From: Candidatus Zixiibacteriota bacterium
GTDB lineage: Bacteria; Zixibacteria; MSB-5A5; WJJR01
Assembly: GCA_040752595.1 (NCBI GenBank)
Contig: JBFMGX010000004.1
Span: 365,346-429,345, forward strand
DNA: 64,000 bases
Direction: 5' to 3'
In this document: piece by piece, positions 50,018 to 58,949 of the stretch
Layout of the letters: each line of letters starts with the position of its first letter
Position numbering within the stretch: the first letter of the stretch is position 1
The notes under the pieces: model-generated
The model's database searches: none
What the model was told of the DNA's origin: nothing
The model's input: only the letters and a program-made list of their open reading frames with translations
Translations under genes and position numbers: made by a program

Positions 50018-50563
50018 TTACCGGGGGGACGGTCTGCTACTGTCGCGTCTCCCGGGATCGAATTGCGGCGTGATGGCGCGCACATCGGGCGTGACCACCT
50101 GGAGCGTGTTGTGCGGGGCGATGAAGGTCGTGTCCAGGACGAGCGGGCGCGAGGTCGGCGTGCGTGACGTGAAGAACAGCCGGGCAATCGGACCGCTACC
50201 GGGCTCCAACGGCGGTAGGCCGCTTCCGAGGTCGGAGATCAGCCCGATCAGGATATTCCGCTCCGCCGAGTCGGGATAGAACGTCTTCAGCGCGAAGTAC
50301 TCGGTCCGCAACCCGTAGTAGTTGGCGGAATCGATCCCGAACGGTGAGTTGCGGCCCCAGCGGAACGGGAGAGTCATGGCCGCCAGATGCTGGGTGTTGT
50401 CCAACGAGACAAGCACTTCCCAGTGCAGCGAATCGACCCGTTCGGATTGCAGCGTGATCCGCGTGACAGTGGGTGTCGCCGCCGGCGTCGCGGCCACCGC
50501 GGCCCCGAGTGGCGCGGTGGCCAAGAGCATGGCCGTTAGCGTCGCCCGAAGCTGCGTGTTCAT
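50018..50563 (-). CDS. Secreted hypothetical protein
   Basis: Signal peptide MNTQLRATLTAMLLATAPLGAAVAA. Start taken at Met29 to avoid overlap with the upstream gene. Confidence 0.45.
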   Translation of the reverse strand: MNTQLRATLTAMLLATAPLGAAVAATPAATPTVTRITLQSERVDSLHWEVLVSLDNTQHLAAMTLPFRWGRNSPFGIDSANYYGLRTEYFALKTFYPDSAERNILIGLISDLGSGLPPLEPGSGPIARLFFTSRTPTSRPLVLDTTFIAPHNTLQVVTPDVRAITPQFDPGRRDSSRPSPR

Positions 50564-50621
50564 GATCGTCTCACCGTTCATTGCCAACCGTGATACACGG
50601 ATCGGTTCCCGGCGACTCAGT

Positions 50622-52673
50622 TTATTGCGGCGAAGCGGTTGAGTCAAGGCGCGGCGTCGCCGACAGTGGAATCGTCAGGGAATCTGCCATCCCCAAGGCC
50701 CGACCGGCGGCGCGCTTGCGCGCCTGCGAATCGCCGCGGAAGACCGACAAGGCGCGCTGGAACAACTCACGCGCGCGGTCATAGAGCCCTCGCGTCTCGT
50801 AGTACATGCCGGCACGGTAGAGCGTGGCGACATAGACCCGCTGCGCGTCGTAGTCGTAGAGGATCCGCCGCGGTGAACCATAGAATCGCGATTGCCGCTC
50901 GAATTCTTCCTGCGCCCGAATCTGGCGCGGCTCCAGATAGGGGACAGGTTCAGGAGACAGGGCAAACAGGTGCCCGGCCGGGGTCAGATTCGGCAGCACT
51001 TCCATGCTTGTCTCGGTGAATTCCCAATAGACCGGAAAGCCGGCGCGGGCCAGGTTGGCCGCCCACAGCCCGAGGTTCAAACGGACCGAATCATGCGGAA
51101 TCGGGAAATCCGCCAACTCCGGGTAACTGTCGAAGACCCACTGTCGGTACCATGCCGCCGGGAGCAGATCCCGGTTCAGAATGCGCAGGTCCTGCCGCCA
51201 GCCGTCGCAGTATTGCAGTCCCCGCAAAACGAAGTCGAGATCGGTCGCTGCTACGAACACGACCGCCCCGGGGCGCAGATCGGCGGTTGCTTCGGTGCCG
51301 AAATCGTAGGCGAGCCGATGCGACACGAGATTGCAGTACGGGGCATTAATCACCAGGGGGGCAATGGCCAGAAGGCCAATGGTGCCGACGATTGAGACAG
51401 TCAGAATGCGCCGGAGCGATGGAGTCGGGATGCGATGCCGCAGCCCCGTCAGGGCGCCGGCGAGACCGATGAGTCCACCGACGGCGAAGAATGCCACGCA
51501 CGAAAGCGCGGGGAGCAGGTAACCGTGAACGTCGGCGTTCGTGTCACTCGGATCATTGACCAAGAGGGCCGTGACGACGAGATTGCCGGCGAATACCCCG
51601 AGTGCCAGCAGTGTCCATGACCGGGAACGCCGCCACCAGCAGACAATCCCCCATGCCGCCAGGATCACCAATCCCCAATGGAGTTGATCAAAGAGAATCA
51701 TCCCGGCTTGGGAGGCGCGCTTGACCAATGTCCCGACCCCGGTCGTGAGCACGCCGCCGATGGCGTCCTTGGCTACCACCGTGCCCCAGCCGGGGGAGAG
51801 GGCCGTCGTGGTCCAACCCCAGTTCAAGGGCGGATTCTGGCCGGCGCGGACCGGGAGGTACAGGTAGACGGTGACGCCGACGAGGAGCAGAAGCCCGGGG
51901 GCCAACCAAGTCCTGAGTCCGACAGCGTAGCGGCGGCTCAAGATCACAAAGAACAACAGGAAGGCCGGCCAGACCGAGAGGAAGGTTGCATTGTGCAGGC
52001 CGAATCCCAATCCAGCCAGGAATCCGGCCAGACAGAGCCAGCGGCCGGTCTCGCCGTGGCCGCTGCGCGCAGCGGTCTGCGCCCCGAGTGCCGTTCCCCA
52101 CAGCAGGGCCACCGCCAGGAGCGTGGGCGCATACACCTCGGCCCGCACCGCTTGAATCCACAGGGTGTATGTGCCGGCGATCGCCGCCACCGGCAGTACG
52201 ACCGCGATTAGCGCTTCCCAATTGCGACGGGGACGAAGGATCTGCACGACCAACTCAAGCCACACATAGGTGAAGATCGCCAACGCCGTCGATGCGGTGA
52301 TGGCCGAGACGAAATTGACGCGGTAGAACAGATCGCCGAACGGCGCCAGGGCAAAGAGCCGTCCGAGCAGGATGAAGAGCGGAAAACCGGGGCGGTGGGC
52401 AATTCCCAAGACCTTGGCGTTGGCGGCCAATTCGCCGGAATCCCACCAGAAGACCGTCCGGCACATCGTGGCCACATACAGGATCAATGTCAGAATGAAG
52501 ACGATGGTGGCCAACAGCCACCCAGTCGTGAGGCGCTCCTCGGTGGTCTTTCTCGCCTCGGACAGCGTGAGACCCGGTGCGGTGAAGGACGGCGTGGCCG
52601 TTTGGGCAAACCAGGATCGCGGATGCAGATCGACTCCTCGCTGGCGCTCGAACCCGGCGCCCGGTACGTGCAT
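50622..52673 (-). CDS. DUF2723 (TMEM260-like, putative protein O-mannosyltransferase) polytopic membrane protein with C-terminal TPR
   Basis: Signature RTVFWWDSGELAANAKVLGIAHRPGFPLF in the first loop. About 10 TM helices. C-terminal TPR-like YRAGMYYETRGLYDRARELFQRAL. Confidence 0.7.
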   Translation of the reverse strand: MHVPGAGFERQRGVDLHPRSWFAQTATPSFTAPGLTLSEARKTTEERLTTGWLLATIVFILTLILYVATMCRTVFWWDSGELAANAKVLGIAHRPGFPLFILLGRLFALAPFGDLFYRVNFVSAITASTALAIFTYVWLELVVQILRPRRNWEALIAVVLPVAAIAGTYTLWIQAVRAEVYAPTLLAVALLWGTALGAQTAARSGHGETGRWLCLAGFLAGLGFGLHNATFLSVWPAFLLFFVILSRRYAVGLRTWLAPGLLLLVGVTVYLYLPVRAGQNPPLNWGWTTTALSPGWGTVVAKDAIGGVLTTGVGTLVKRASQAGMILFDQLHWGLVILAAWGIVCWWRRSRSWTLLALGVFAGNLVVTALLVNDPSDTNADVHGYLLPALSCVAFFAVGGLIGLAGALTGLRHRIPTPSLRRILTVSIVGTIGLLAIAPLVINAPYCNLVSHRLAYDFGTEATADLRPGAVVFVAATDLDFVLRGLQYCDGWRQDLRILNRDLLPAAWYRQWVFDSYPELADFPIPHDSVRLNLGLWAANLARAGFPVYWEFTETSMEVLPNLTPAGHLFALSPEPVPYLEPRQIRAQEEFERQSRFYGSPRRILYDYDAQRVYVATLYRAGMYYETRGLYDRARELFQRALSVFRGDSQARKRAAGRALGMADSLTIPLSATPRLDSTASPQ

Positions 52674-52753
52674 TGTCTAATATATCGGTCAAATGCGTGT
52701 CTGATTGCAGTGGATGGGTATCGGGCGCGGCAATCTCCCGTGGGCAATTCGGA

Positions 52754-52782
52754 TTGACGCCTCGTGTACCGTGGCATAGTAT
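52754..52782 (+). promoter_or_regulatory. Sigma70-like promoter TTGACG-17-TAGTAT upstream of the sensor kinase gene
   Basis: Near-consensus hexamers with 17-nt spacing, 55 nt upstream of ATG 52837. Confidence 0.4.
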
Positions 52783-52836
52783 GAATTGAGGAAACAGCGG
52801 CGACGGTCCGGACCTCCGCACGCACGCCTCTGACCG

Positions 52837-54882
52837 ATGACGGCCGAAACACGCCTGGGCAAGACGATAGAGCGACGCCCCCGATTCCGCTGGGGTCCGT
52901 TGGTCGCCACGGTTCTTCTCAGCTCGCTGGTGCTGGGAGTCGTGTTTTCGCTGTGGACGCTGTGGGGTATTCGCGCCGTGCGGCAGGCGTTGGTGTCCGA
53001 GACACGTCGAGATGCCGTCGCCCTGCTACAATCCCTGTTGCTGGCGTCGCAATACGCCGTTGCGACCGGATCTCTGGTCGACCAACTCGAGCGGGAATCG
53101 CAGGCCGCCGATGCGCGCCGGATCGCCGATCTGATCGATCCCGCCCGTGTCGACACGGCGATTCTCGCCGAGCTCTCCGGACGTTGGGAATCGGGAGGGA
53201 TCACTGTCTGGCGTGGCCGCAGGGCGATGGTGACGTTTCCGTCGTCACTCGCCGGGGTGCTGGCCGCTGACAGCGACGTCGCCGGTCACGATTGGACGGA
53301 GAGTGGGTCGGCGCCGACCGTGTTGACTTGCCAGGACACGTCGAATGGCGTGCGCTGGGTGGCAACGGGGATTGCGACAGATTGGGGAGCGCTGGCCTTG
53401 TGGGAGCGCGTCACGGATGAGACACCCCGCGCGCCGTTGGGTGGCATCGGCGAGCTGGTTCAGCAGATCGGGCAACGTTCCGGGATCAACTACATCATGC
53501 TGCAATCCCCTGATGGCATTGTATTTGCATCCCGTCCCTTGAAGCCCGTCTTGAAGTTGGCGGCCGACTCATTCCTCGTCGCCGCCGTCGAGGCGGAGAC
53601 CACGGCGACACGCGAGGTGGTCTTTGAAGGGCTTCCTGTGCTGGAAGCCGTCGCGCCGTTCTTGTCTTCGGAGCTTCCGTCGGGGATGTTCCGTGTCGGG
53701 ATCAGTTTGTCGGGAGTGAAGGCCGCCGAACGGCGCCTGACGCTGCAATTGGCGCTCTCGGCATTGCTGTTCCTGCTCCTTGCCACGGCCGTGATTGCCA
53801 TCCTGCTGGCGCGACGTTCGCTGGCCGATTTGGGGCGGTCGTATCGGCGCGTGGAGACATTGACCGGCCGGATTCTGGACGCCATCGATCAGGCGGTCGT
53901 GGCGGTCGACGGTGCCGGGCGCGTCTCCGTGTTCAATCCATCGGCAGAGCGTCTGACAGGGCGTTCCGCGGCGGAGTCGCTGGGCGTGCCGGTGCGCGAG
54001 GTTCCGGGTACGGACGGTTTCCACCTTGAGGAGGTGCGAGCCGGGGAGGAACCGGTTCGGAATCAGGAACTCAGTGTTGCGCGGCCCGGCGGTTCGCGGG
54101 AGTTGGTCTACACAACGACGCCGATCACAACCGCCGAGGGCGTCGTGGATGGCGCCGTGGCCATCATCCGTGATGAAACCGAGGCACGGGCGCTGGCGCT
54201 ACAGGTTCGACGCTCGGAACGCCTCTCGGAAATGGGACACCTCGCTGCCGGGGTCGCGCATGAGATTCGCAATCCGCTCAATGCCATCGCCCTGGCCGCG
54301 CAACGGCTCCGTCTGGAGGTGGGCGATCCCGAAGCGGCGCGTTTGGCGACGACCATCTGCGACGAATCGACACGTCTGAATGCCATCGTCGAGGATTTCC
54401 TCTCGCTGGCACGCTCGTCGACTCAACCTCCGGCACCGGTCGATCTCTCCGCCTTGGTCGAGAGCGTCGCGGCGATGGCGGCCTTGCAGGCCCAGGCGGC
54501 ACACGTATTATTGGAAACGCAGATCGCCGCCGATCAAGTCGTCGTCGGCGTCGCCGATGAATTGCGCAAGGCGGTGTGGAATGTCATGACCAATGCCTTG
54601 GCGGCGTGCTCTGGCAACGGGCGCATCCGCCTGGCACTGAGTCCGGAGCGTTCTTGTGTGGCGCTGACCGTGGAGGACAACGGCAGCGGCATCGCGCCTG
54701 AGGATCTGTCTCGTGTGTTTGAGCCGTGGTTCACAACGCGCAGCGGCGGAACAGGCCTGGGATTGGCGATCACGCACCGTATCGTAACGGACCACCGCGG
54801 GACAATCGACATCGTTTCACCGGCGCCCGGGGTGGCGAATGGAACACGAGTTACTGTCCGGTTGCCGCTGATCGCCGTATGA
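52837..54882 (+). CDS. Sensor histidine kinase (2 TM periplasmic sensor, PAS, HisKA, HATPase_c)
   Basis: PAS DAIDQAVVAVDGAGRVSVFNPSAERLTG. H-box HLAAGVAHEIRNPLNAI. N/G boxes ...VEDNGSGIAPEDL...GGTGLGLAI. Confidence 0.85.
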   Translation: MTAETRLGKTIERRPRFRWGPLVATVLLSSLVLGVVFSLWTLWGIRAVRQALVSETRRDAVALLQSLLLASQYAVATGSLVDQLERESQAADARRIADLIDPARVDTAILAELSGRWESGGITVWRGRRAMVTFPSSLAGVLAADSDVAGHDWTESGSAPTVLTCQDTSNGVRWVATGIATDWGALALWERVTDETPRAPLGGIGELVQQIGQRSGINYIMLQSPDGIVFASRPLKPVLKLAADSFLVAAVEAETTATREVVFEGLPVLEAVAPFLSSELPSGMFRVGISLSGVKAAERRLTLQLALSALLFLLLATAVIAILLARRSLADLGRSYRRVETLTGRILDAIDQAVVAVDGAGRVSVFNPSAERLTGRSAAESLGVPVREVPGTDGFHLEEVRAGEEPVRNQELSVARPGGSRELVYTTTPITTAEGVVDGAVAIIRDETEARALALQVRRSERLSEMGHLAAGVAHEIRNPLNAIALAAQRLRLEVGDPEAARLATTICDESTRLNAIVEDFLSLARSSTQPPAPVDLSALVESVAAMAALQAQAAHVLLETQIAADQVVVGVADELRKAVWNVMTNALAACSGNGRIRLALSPERSCVALTVEDNGSGIAPEDLSRVFEPWFTTRSGGTGLGLAITHRIVTDHRGTIDIVSPAPGVANGTRVTVRLPLIAV

Positions 54883-55048
54883 GATATGACGTGTAAGGGC
54901 ACGGCGTGCTTGTCCGCCTCTGGCGGGCCGTGCCCGGAGATGTGGGAAATCGTGAAGAGGTATTGGTGGGGCAGACACGCTGGTATGCCCATGATCGTGC
55001 GCAGGCAGGAGTGCCTGCGCCACCAGACAAGAGAACGAGCGACTCATA

Positions 55049-56272
55049 TTGATGGATCATCTCATCTATCGCAGCGCCGGTGAATCCCATGGCCCGCAAT
55101 TGACCGGCATCCTCGAGGGTCTGCCGGCGGGGATGCAGATCGACTTCCCACGTCTCGACGCCGAGTTGGCGGAACGGCAGAAGGGTTTCGGTCGGGGCGG
55201 ACGGATGAAAGTGGAGTCCGACCGCTGTGAAATCACCGCCGGTGTGCGCCATGGCGTCACGCTGGGGTCGCCGATCGCCTTCACAATCTTCAACAAGGAT
55301 TGGGAGAACTGGCAATCGGTGATGTCGGTCACATCCGAGAGGGCGGAGCCCGCCAGCGAGCGTGAAGCGGCAATGACTCTGCCGCGCACGGTGCCCCGGC
55401 CCGGGCATGCCGATCTTGCCGGGGCGCAGAAACGCGGTTTTGCCGACCTCCGGAATGTTTTGGAGCGTTCCTCGGCGCGGGAGACCGCCGTGCGCGTCGC
55501 CGCCGCAGCGCTCGCGAAGATGTTCCTTCACGAGCTGGGCATCGAGACGGCGGCGCATGTGGTGCGCATCGGCGCGGCGGCACTGTCTGCGCCTGTGCCG
55601 ACGGTTGATGAGATACGCCTCCGTGTGCGCGACTCGGATGTGCGCTGCATCGATCCGGAGACATCGGAAGCCATGCGGTCGGAGATTCGTGCGGCGGCCG
55701 CATCGGGCGACACGGTGGGAGGCATCGTCGAAATCGTCGCCACGGGAGTCCCGCCGGGTCTGGGAGACTACATACAGTGGGACAAGCGTCTGGATGCCCG
55801 GTTGGCCGGCGCCGTCATGTCGGTGCCGTCGGTGAAAGGCGTGGAGATCGGCGAGGGGTTCGCGCAGGCGGCGCATCGCGGCTCCGACGTTCACGATGAA
55901 ATCTTCCGAGACCGTGATTCCGGTCACCCACGCACAGGGGGATACTATCGTACCACGAATCGTGCCGGTGGGATCGAAGGCGGTGTGACCAATGGCGCCG
56001 ACGTCGTCGTCCGTGCCGCCGCCAAGCCGATCCCCACCTTGAACCATCCCCTGCGGTCCGTCGACATTCACACGGGGGAGGAATCGCGGGCGTTCGTGGA
56101 GCGTTCCGATATCTGCAGTGTGCCGGCGGTCGCCGTTGTCTGCGAGGCGATGGTTGCGTTGACATTGGCCGATGCCTGCCTCGAGATGTTTGGCGGTGGA
56201 ACGCTCGGCGACATTCGGGAAAGGTTCCGGCTGTACATCGGGAGGTTGAAGCGGTTTGAGACTGGTCTATAG
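55049..56272 (+). CDS. aroC: Chorismate synthase
   Basis: N-terminal GESHGP, RPGHADL and the FMN-binding region. Full length (407 aa). Confidence 0.9.
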   Translation: MMDHLIYRSAGESHGPQLTGILEGLPAGMQIDFPRLDAELAERQKGFGRGGRMKVESDRCEITAGVRHGVTLGSPIAFTIFNKDWENWQSVMSVTSERAEPASEREAAMTLPRTVPRPGHADLAGAQKRGFADLRNVLERSSARETAVRVAAAALAKMFLHELGIETAAHVVRIGAAALSAPVPTVDEIRLRVRDSDVRCIDPETSEAMRSEIRAAAASGDTVGGIVEIVATGVPPGLGDYIQWDKRLDARLAGAVMSVPSVKGVEIGEGFAQAAHRGSDVHDEIFRDRDSGHPRTGGYYRTTNRAGGIEGGVTNGADVVVRAAAKPIPTLNHPLRSVDIHTGEESRAFVERSDICSVPAVAVVCEAMVALTLADACLEMFGGGTLGDIRERFRLYIGRLKRFETGL

Positions 56273-56302
56273 GATTTCCAGCGAAGTGAACGAAAGAAAA
56301 AC

Positions 56303-56403
56303 CCCCTCACCCGATCCGCCTGCGGCGGATCGACCTCTCCCGGAGGGAGAGGTTGCTTTCTCCCCTCTCCCCGGTGGGGAGAGGGTAGGGTGAGGGGTTT
56401 TTG
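56303..56403. repeat. MITE-like element with 16-bp terminal inverted repeats (AAAAACCCCCTCACCC...GGGTGAGGGGTTTTTG), 'CCTCTCCCTCCGG' family
   Basis: TIRs seen directly. Internal palindromes CCGCCTGCGGCGG and CTCTCCCGGAGGGAGAG. Related copies at 7590, 12395 and 47105. Confidence 0.5.
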
Positions 56404-56475
56404 GACCCTGCTGAAGCAGTGGATCGCCCTCCCACGGGACCATCCGTTCGCTTATTAGGATGATGAAGGGGACAC

Positions 56476-57480
56476 ATGTTCCAGACGACGCTGGTCGGCA
56501 ACCAACCGAAGGTATTCGAAGACCCGGCGTGCGGCGCACCGGGCGTGAATCTCCGGTTGGCACGCAACCGGTTTGACCAGGGGCGCATCACCGCGGCCGA
56601 GTTGGAGGATGTGGTCCGCGCGACCATCCGGGCAACGCTGGACGATCAAGCCCGCGCCGGACTGGACTGGTTGACCGACGGCCGGATTCGCTGGGATGAT
56701 CCGGTGACTCCTTTCGCCGCGGCGCACGAGGGGTTCACGATCGGCGGCCTGATTCGGTACTTCGACAACAACGTCTACTATCGCCGTCCCACGATCGCCG
56801 GGCCGATCCGTTTTGTGCGCTCGGCGGTTGCCGATGACTACCGCTTCGCAAGCAGTGCCGGTCGCGGCCGTGTCATTCCCTCCGTCTGCGGACCGTTCTC
56901 GTTGGCGAAGTTCTGCGTGGACGAGTACTACCATAAGGAAGAAGCGCTGTATGCCGATTGTGCCGCACTGGTGCGCGGCGAATTGGAGGCCTTGGCGGAC
57001 GCCGGTGCCGATTGGGTACAGTTGGACGAGCCGTACTTGGGACGCTGCCCGGACGAAATCGACGCCGCGGTCACCGCGATCAGCGCCGCCACTATCGGTG
57101 TGGACGTGCGGGTGTTCGTCCACACCTACTTCTGCCCGATTGAAGGGATCGGCGACCATCTCTGGCGGTTACCGGTTCATGCGATCGGCGCCGACTGTGC
57201 CACGGTCCCCGGCAACTTCGAAGCGTTGATCCACGGTCCCAAGACGATGGGTCGGGGCTTCGGTTTGGTCGATGCCCGCACCACTCGTCTGGAGACGGCC
57301 GATCAGATCGTCAGGCAACTGGAACGATTGGCAGCGGCCGGTGCGGCCGATTGGCCCGCCTGCTTCATCACGCCGTCGGCGGCGCTGGAGTTCCTGCCGT
57401 ATCCGAGCGCGATCGCCAAGATGCGCCGTCTGGTCGCCGCCGTTTGCCAGTTCCTCGGCGTGGCCTGCGGGGCGTCATGA
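56476..57480 (+). CDS. MetE-fold (UroD/MetE-like TIM barrel) protein lacking the Zn-binding ligands; resembles the MetE N-terminal domain
   Basis: Overall similarity to short cobalamin-independent methionine synthases, but no HxC or D-CGL Zn motifs (has HTYFCP and lacks the C-terminal Cys). Confidence 0.6.
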   Translation: MFQTTLVGNQPKVFEDPACGAPGVNLRLARNRFDQGRITAAELEDVVRATIRATLDDQARAGLDWLTDGRIRWDDPVTPFAAAHEGFTIGGLIRYFDNNVYYRRPTIAGPIRFVRSAVADDYRFASSAGRGRVIPSVCGPFSLAKFCVDEYYHKEEALYADCAALVRGELEALADAGADWVQLDEPYLGRCPDEIDAAVTAISAATIGVDVRVFVHTYFCPIEGIGDHLWRLPVHAIGADCATVPGNFEALIHGPKTMGRGFGLVDARTTRLETADQIVRQLERLAAAGAADWPACFITPSAALEFLPYPSAIAKMRRLVAAVCQFLGVACGAS

Positions 57481-57759
57481 AGGATTACACGGTGGGCGGA
57501 GGGAGCGTGCCACGGGCCTTGGTCCGCGATCTGCGGCGGCTTAGGCGCGCACTGACCAAGGTCAGTGGCACACACGTCTAACGCCGGGGACAGAGACGTC
57601 ACTGTTCCCAATCCTGTCATGCTGGGCGAAGCGAAGCATCTCTATAGGCAGGCGACTCACCATGGAATCTCATAGAGACCTTTCGCTTCGCCGGTGACAG
57701 AGATGAGGTGTAGGGGCACGGCGCGCCGTGCCCGAATCCGGACCCCGGAGATCAGAAAC

Positions 57760-58722
57760 ATGTTGGAAACCACCAGCGTCGGATCATTCCCCAAGCCGGA
57801 CTACCTGGTCAAGGCGCGCCGGGACCGGCAACAAGGCAAGGTGTCGCCGGACGAGTTAACCACCGTGGAACGGCGGGCCACCGAGGAATGGATTCGCATC
57901 CAGGAACGAATCGGGATCGACATCCTCGTGCATGGCGAGATGGAACGCGGCGACATGACGACGTTCTTTGCGGAGCTCCTGGATGGGTATGGGATTTCCG
58001 GCCTCGTGCGCTCCTATGGGAATCGCTACTATCGCAAGCCGATCATCCAGTCGACCTTGTCGCGTCCCCGGCCAATGACCACAGACTGGCACTGTTGGGT
58101 GCAGTCCCTGACCACCATGCCGGTCAAGGGAATGCTGACCGGACCGTACACGATGTGTGACTGGTCCTTCGATGAACATTATCCGTCACGGCGCGATGCC
58201 GTGCTGGCGCTGGCCGAGATCGTGCGCGATGAAGCCCATGATCTCGAAGCCGCGGGCGCCCGCTACATCCAGATCGATGAGCCGGCGATCTCGACCCGCC
58301 CCGATGAAATCGAGTTGGCCATCGAGGCCATGGAGGTCGTCACGGCGGGACTGAAGGCGACGACGATCAGCCACATCTGCTACGGCGATTTCGCGATGAT
58401 GTATCCGCGCATCCTGGACCTTCCCGTCGACATGCTCGACCTGGAGTTTGCCAACTCGCAATTCGCCAACCTCGACATCTTCCGCAAGCCGAAGTTCACC
58501 AAGCGGATCTCGGTCGGTGTTATCGATGTCCATTCGCACGTCATCGAGACCAAGGGGCAGGTCAAGGACGGCATCCGACGTGCCCTCGACGTCTTCGACC
58601 CGGCGCTGGTGTGGATCGACCCGGACTGCGGCCTGAAAACGCGCACGCCGCAGGAGGCGATCGACAAGTTGACGGTGATGGTCGAAGCGGTCAAAGAGAT
58701 CAAACAGGAGATGGGATTGTAG
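57760..58722 (+). CDS. metE: Cobalamin-independent methionine synthase, short (C-domain/archaeal-type) form
   Basis: Zn ligands HICYGDF, E in ...LEFAN.., DPDCGLKTR. Start at ATG 57760; the upstream portion of the listed ORF overlaps a REP unit. Confidence 0.8.
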   Translation: MLETTSVGSFPKPDYLVKARRDRQQGKVSPDELTTVERRATEEWIRIQERIGIDILVHGEMERGDMTTFFAELLDGYGISGLVRSYGNRYYRKPIIQSTLSRPRPMTTDWHCWVQSLTTMPVKGMLTGPYTMCDWSFDEHYPSRRDAVLALAEIVRDEAHDLEAAGARYIQIDEPAISTRPDEIELAIEAMEVVTAGLKATTISHICYGDFAMMYPRILDLPVDMLDLEFANSQFANLDIFRKPKFTKRISVGVIDVHSHVIETKGQVKDGIRRALDVFDPALVWIDPDCGLKTRTPQEAIDKLTVMVEAVKEIKQEMGL

Positions 58723-58949
58723 GGTGCGTGCTTTGCTTGTGGCGAGCGACTTGTCCTGGGCGGAGTCGAAGGAAGCCGACCCGCACGCACCGCAGGGGGC
58801 TGAAAGCCCCCTGTCCTCGATTCCAAAAGCGTGGGTTGTAGCGGCACGGCGTGCCGTGCCCGGAGGGACGATCGGCGTGTAGGGGCCGGTCTGAGACCGG
58901 CCCGGCCCCGTGCCAAGAAACAAGAGGGCGGGTCTGAGACCCGCCCAGA

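Noticed and set aside
48386-50167. 593-aa ORF on the + strand
   Set aside because: It is antisense to the M14 carboxypeptidase gene.
57481-57600. GGCGGAGGGA motif reminiscent of the SAM-I (S-box) riboswitch core between the two MetE-like genes
   Set aside because: It lacks the AUCAAGAG, GCAACC and GGUGCUAAUUCC elements and has no P1/P3 pairing. It is probably a chance GC-rich match.
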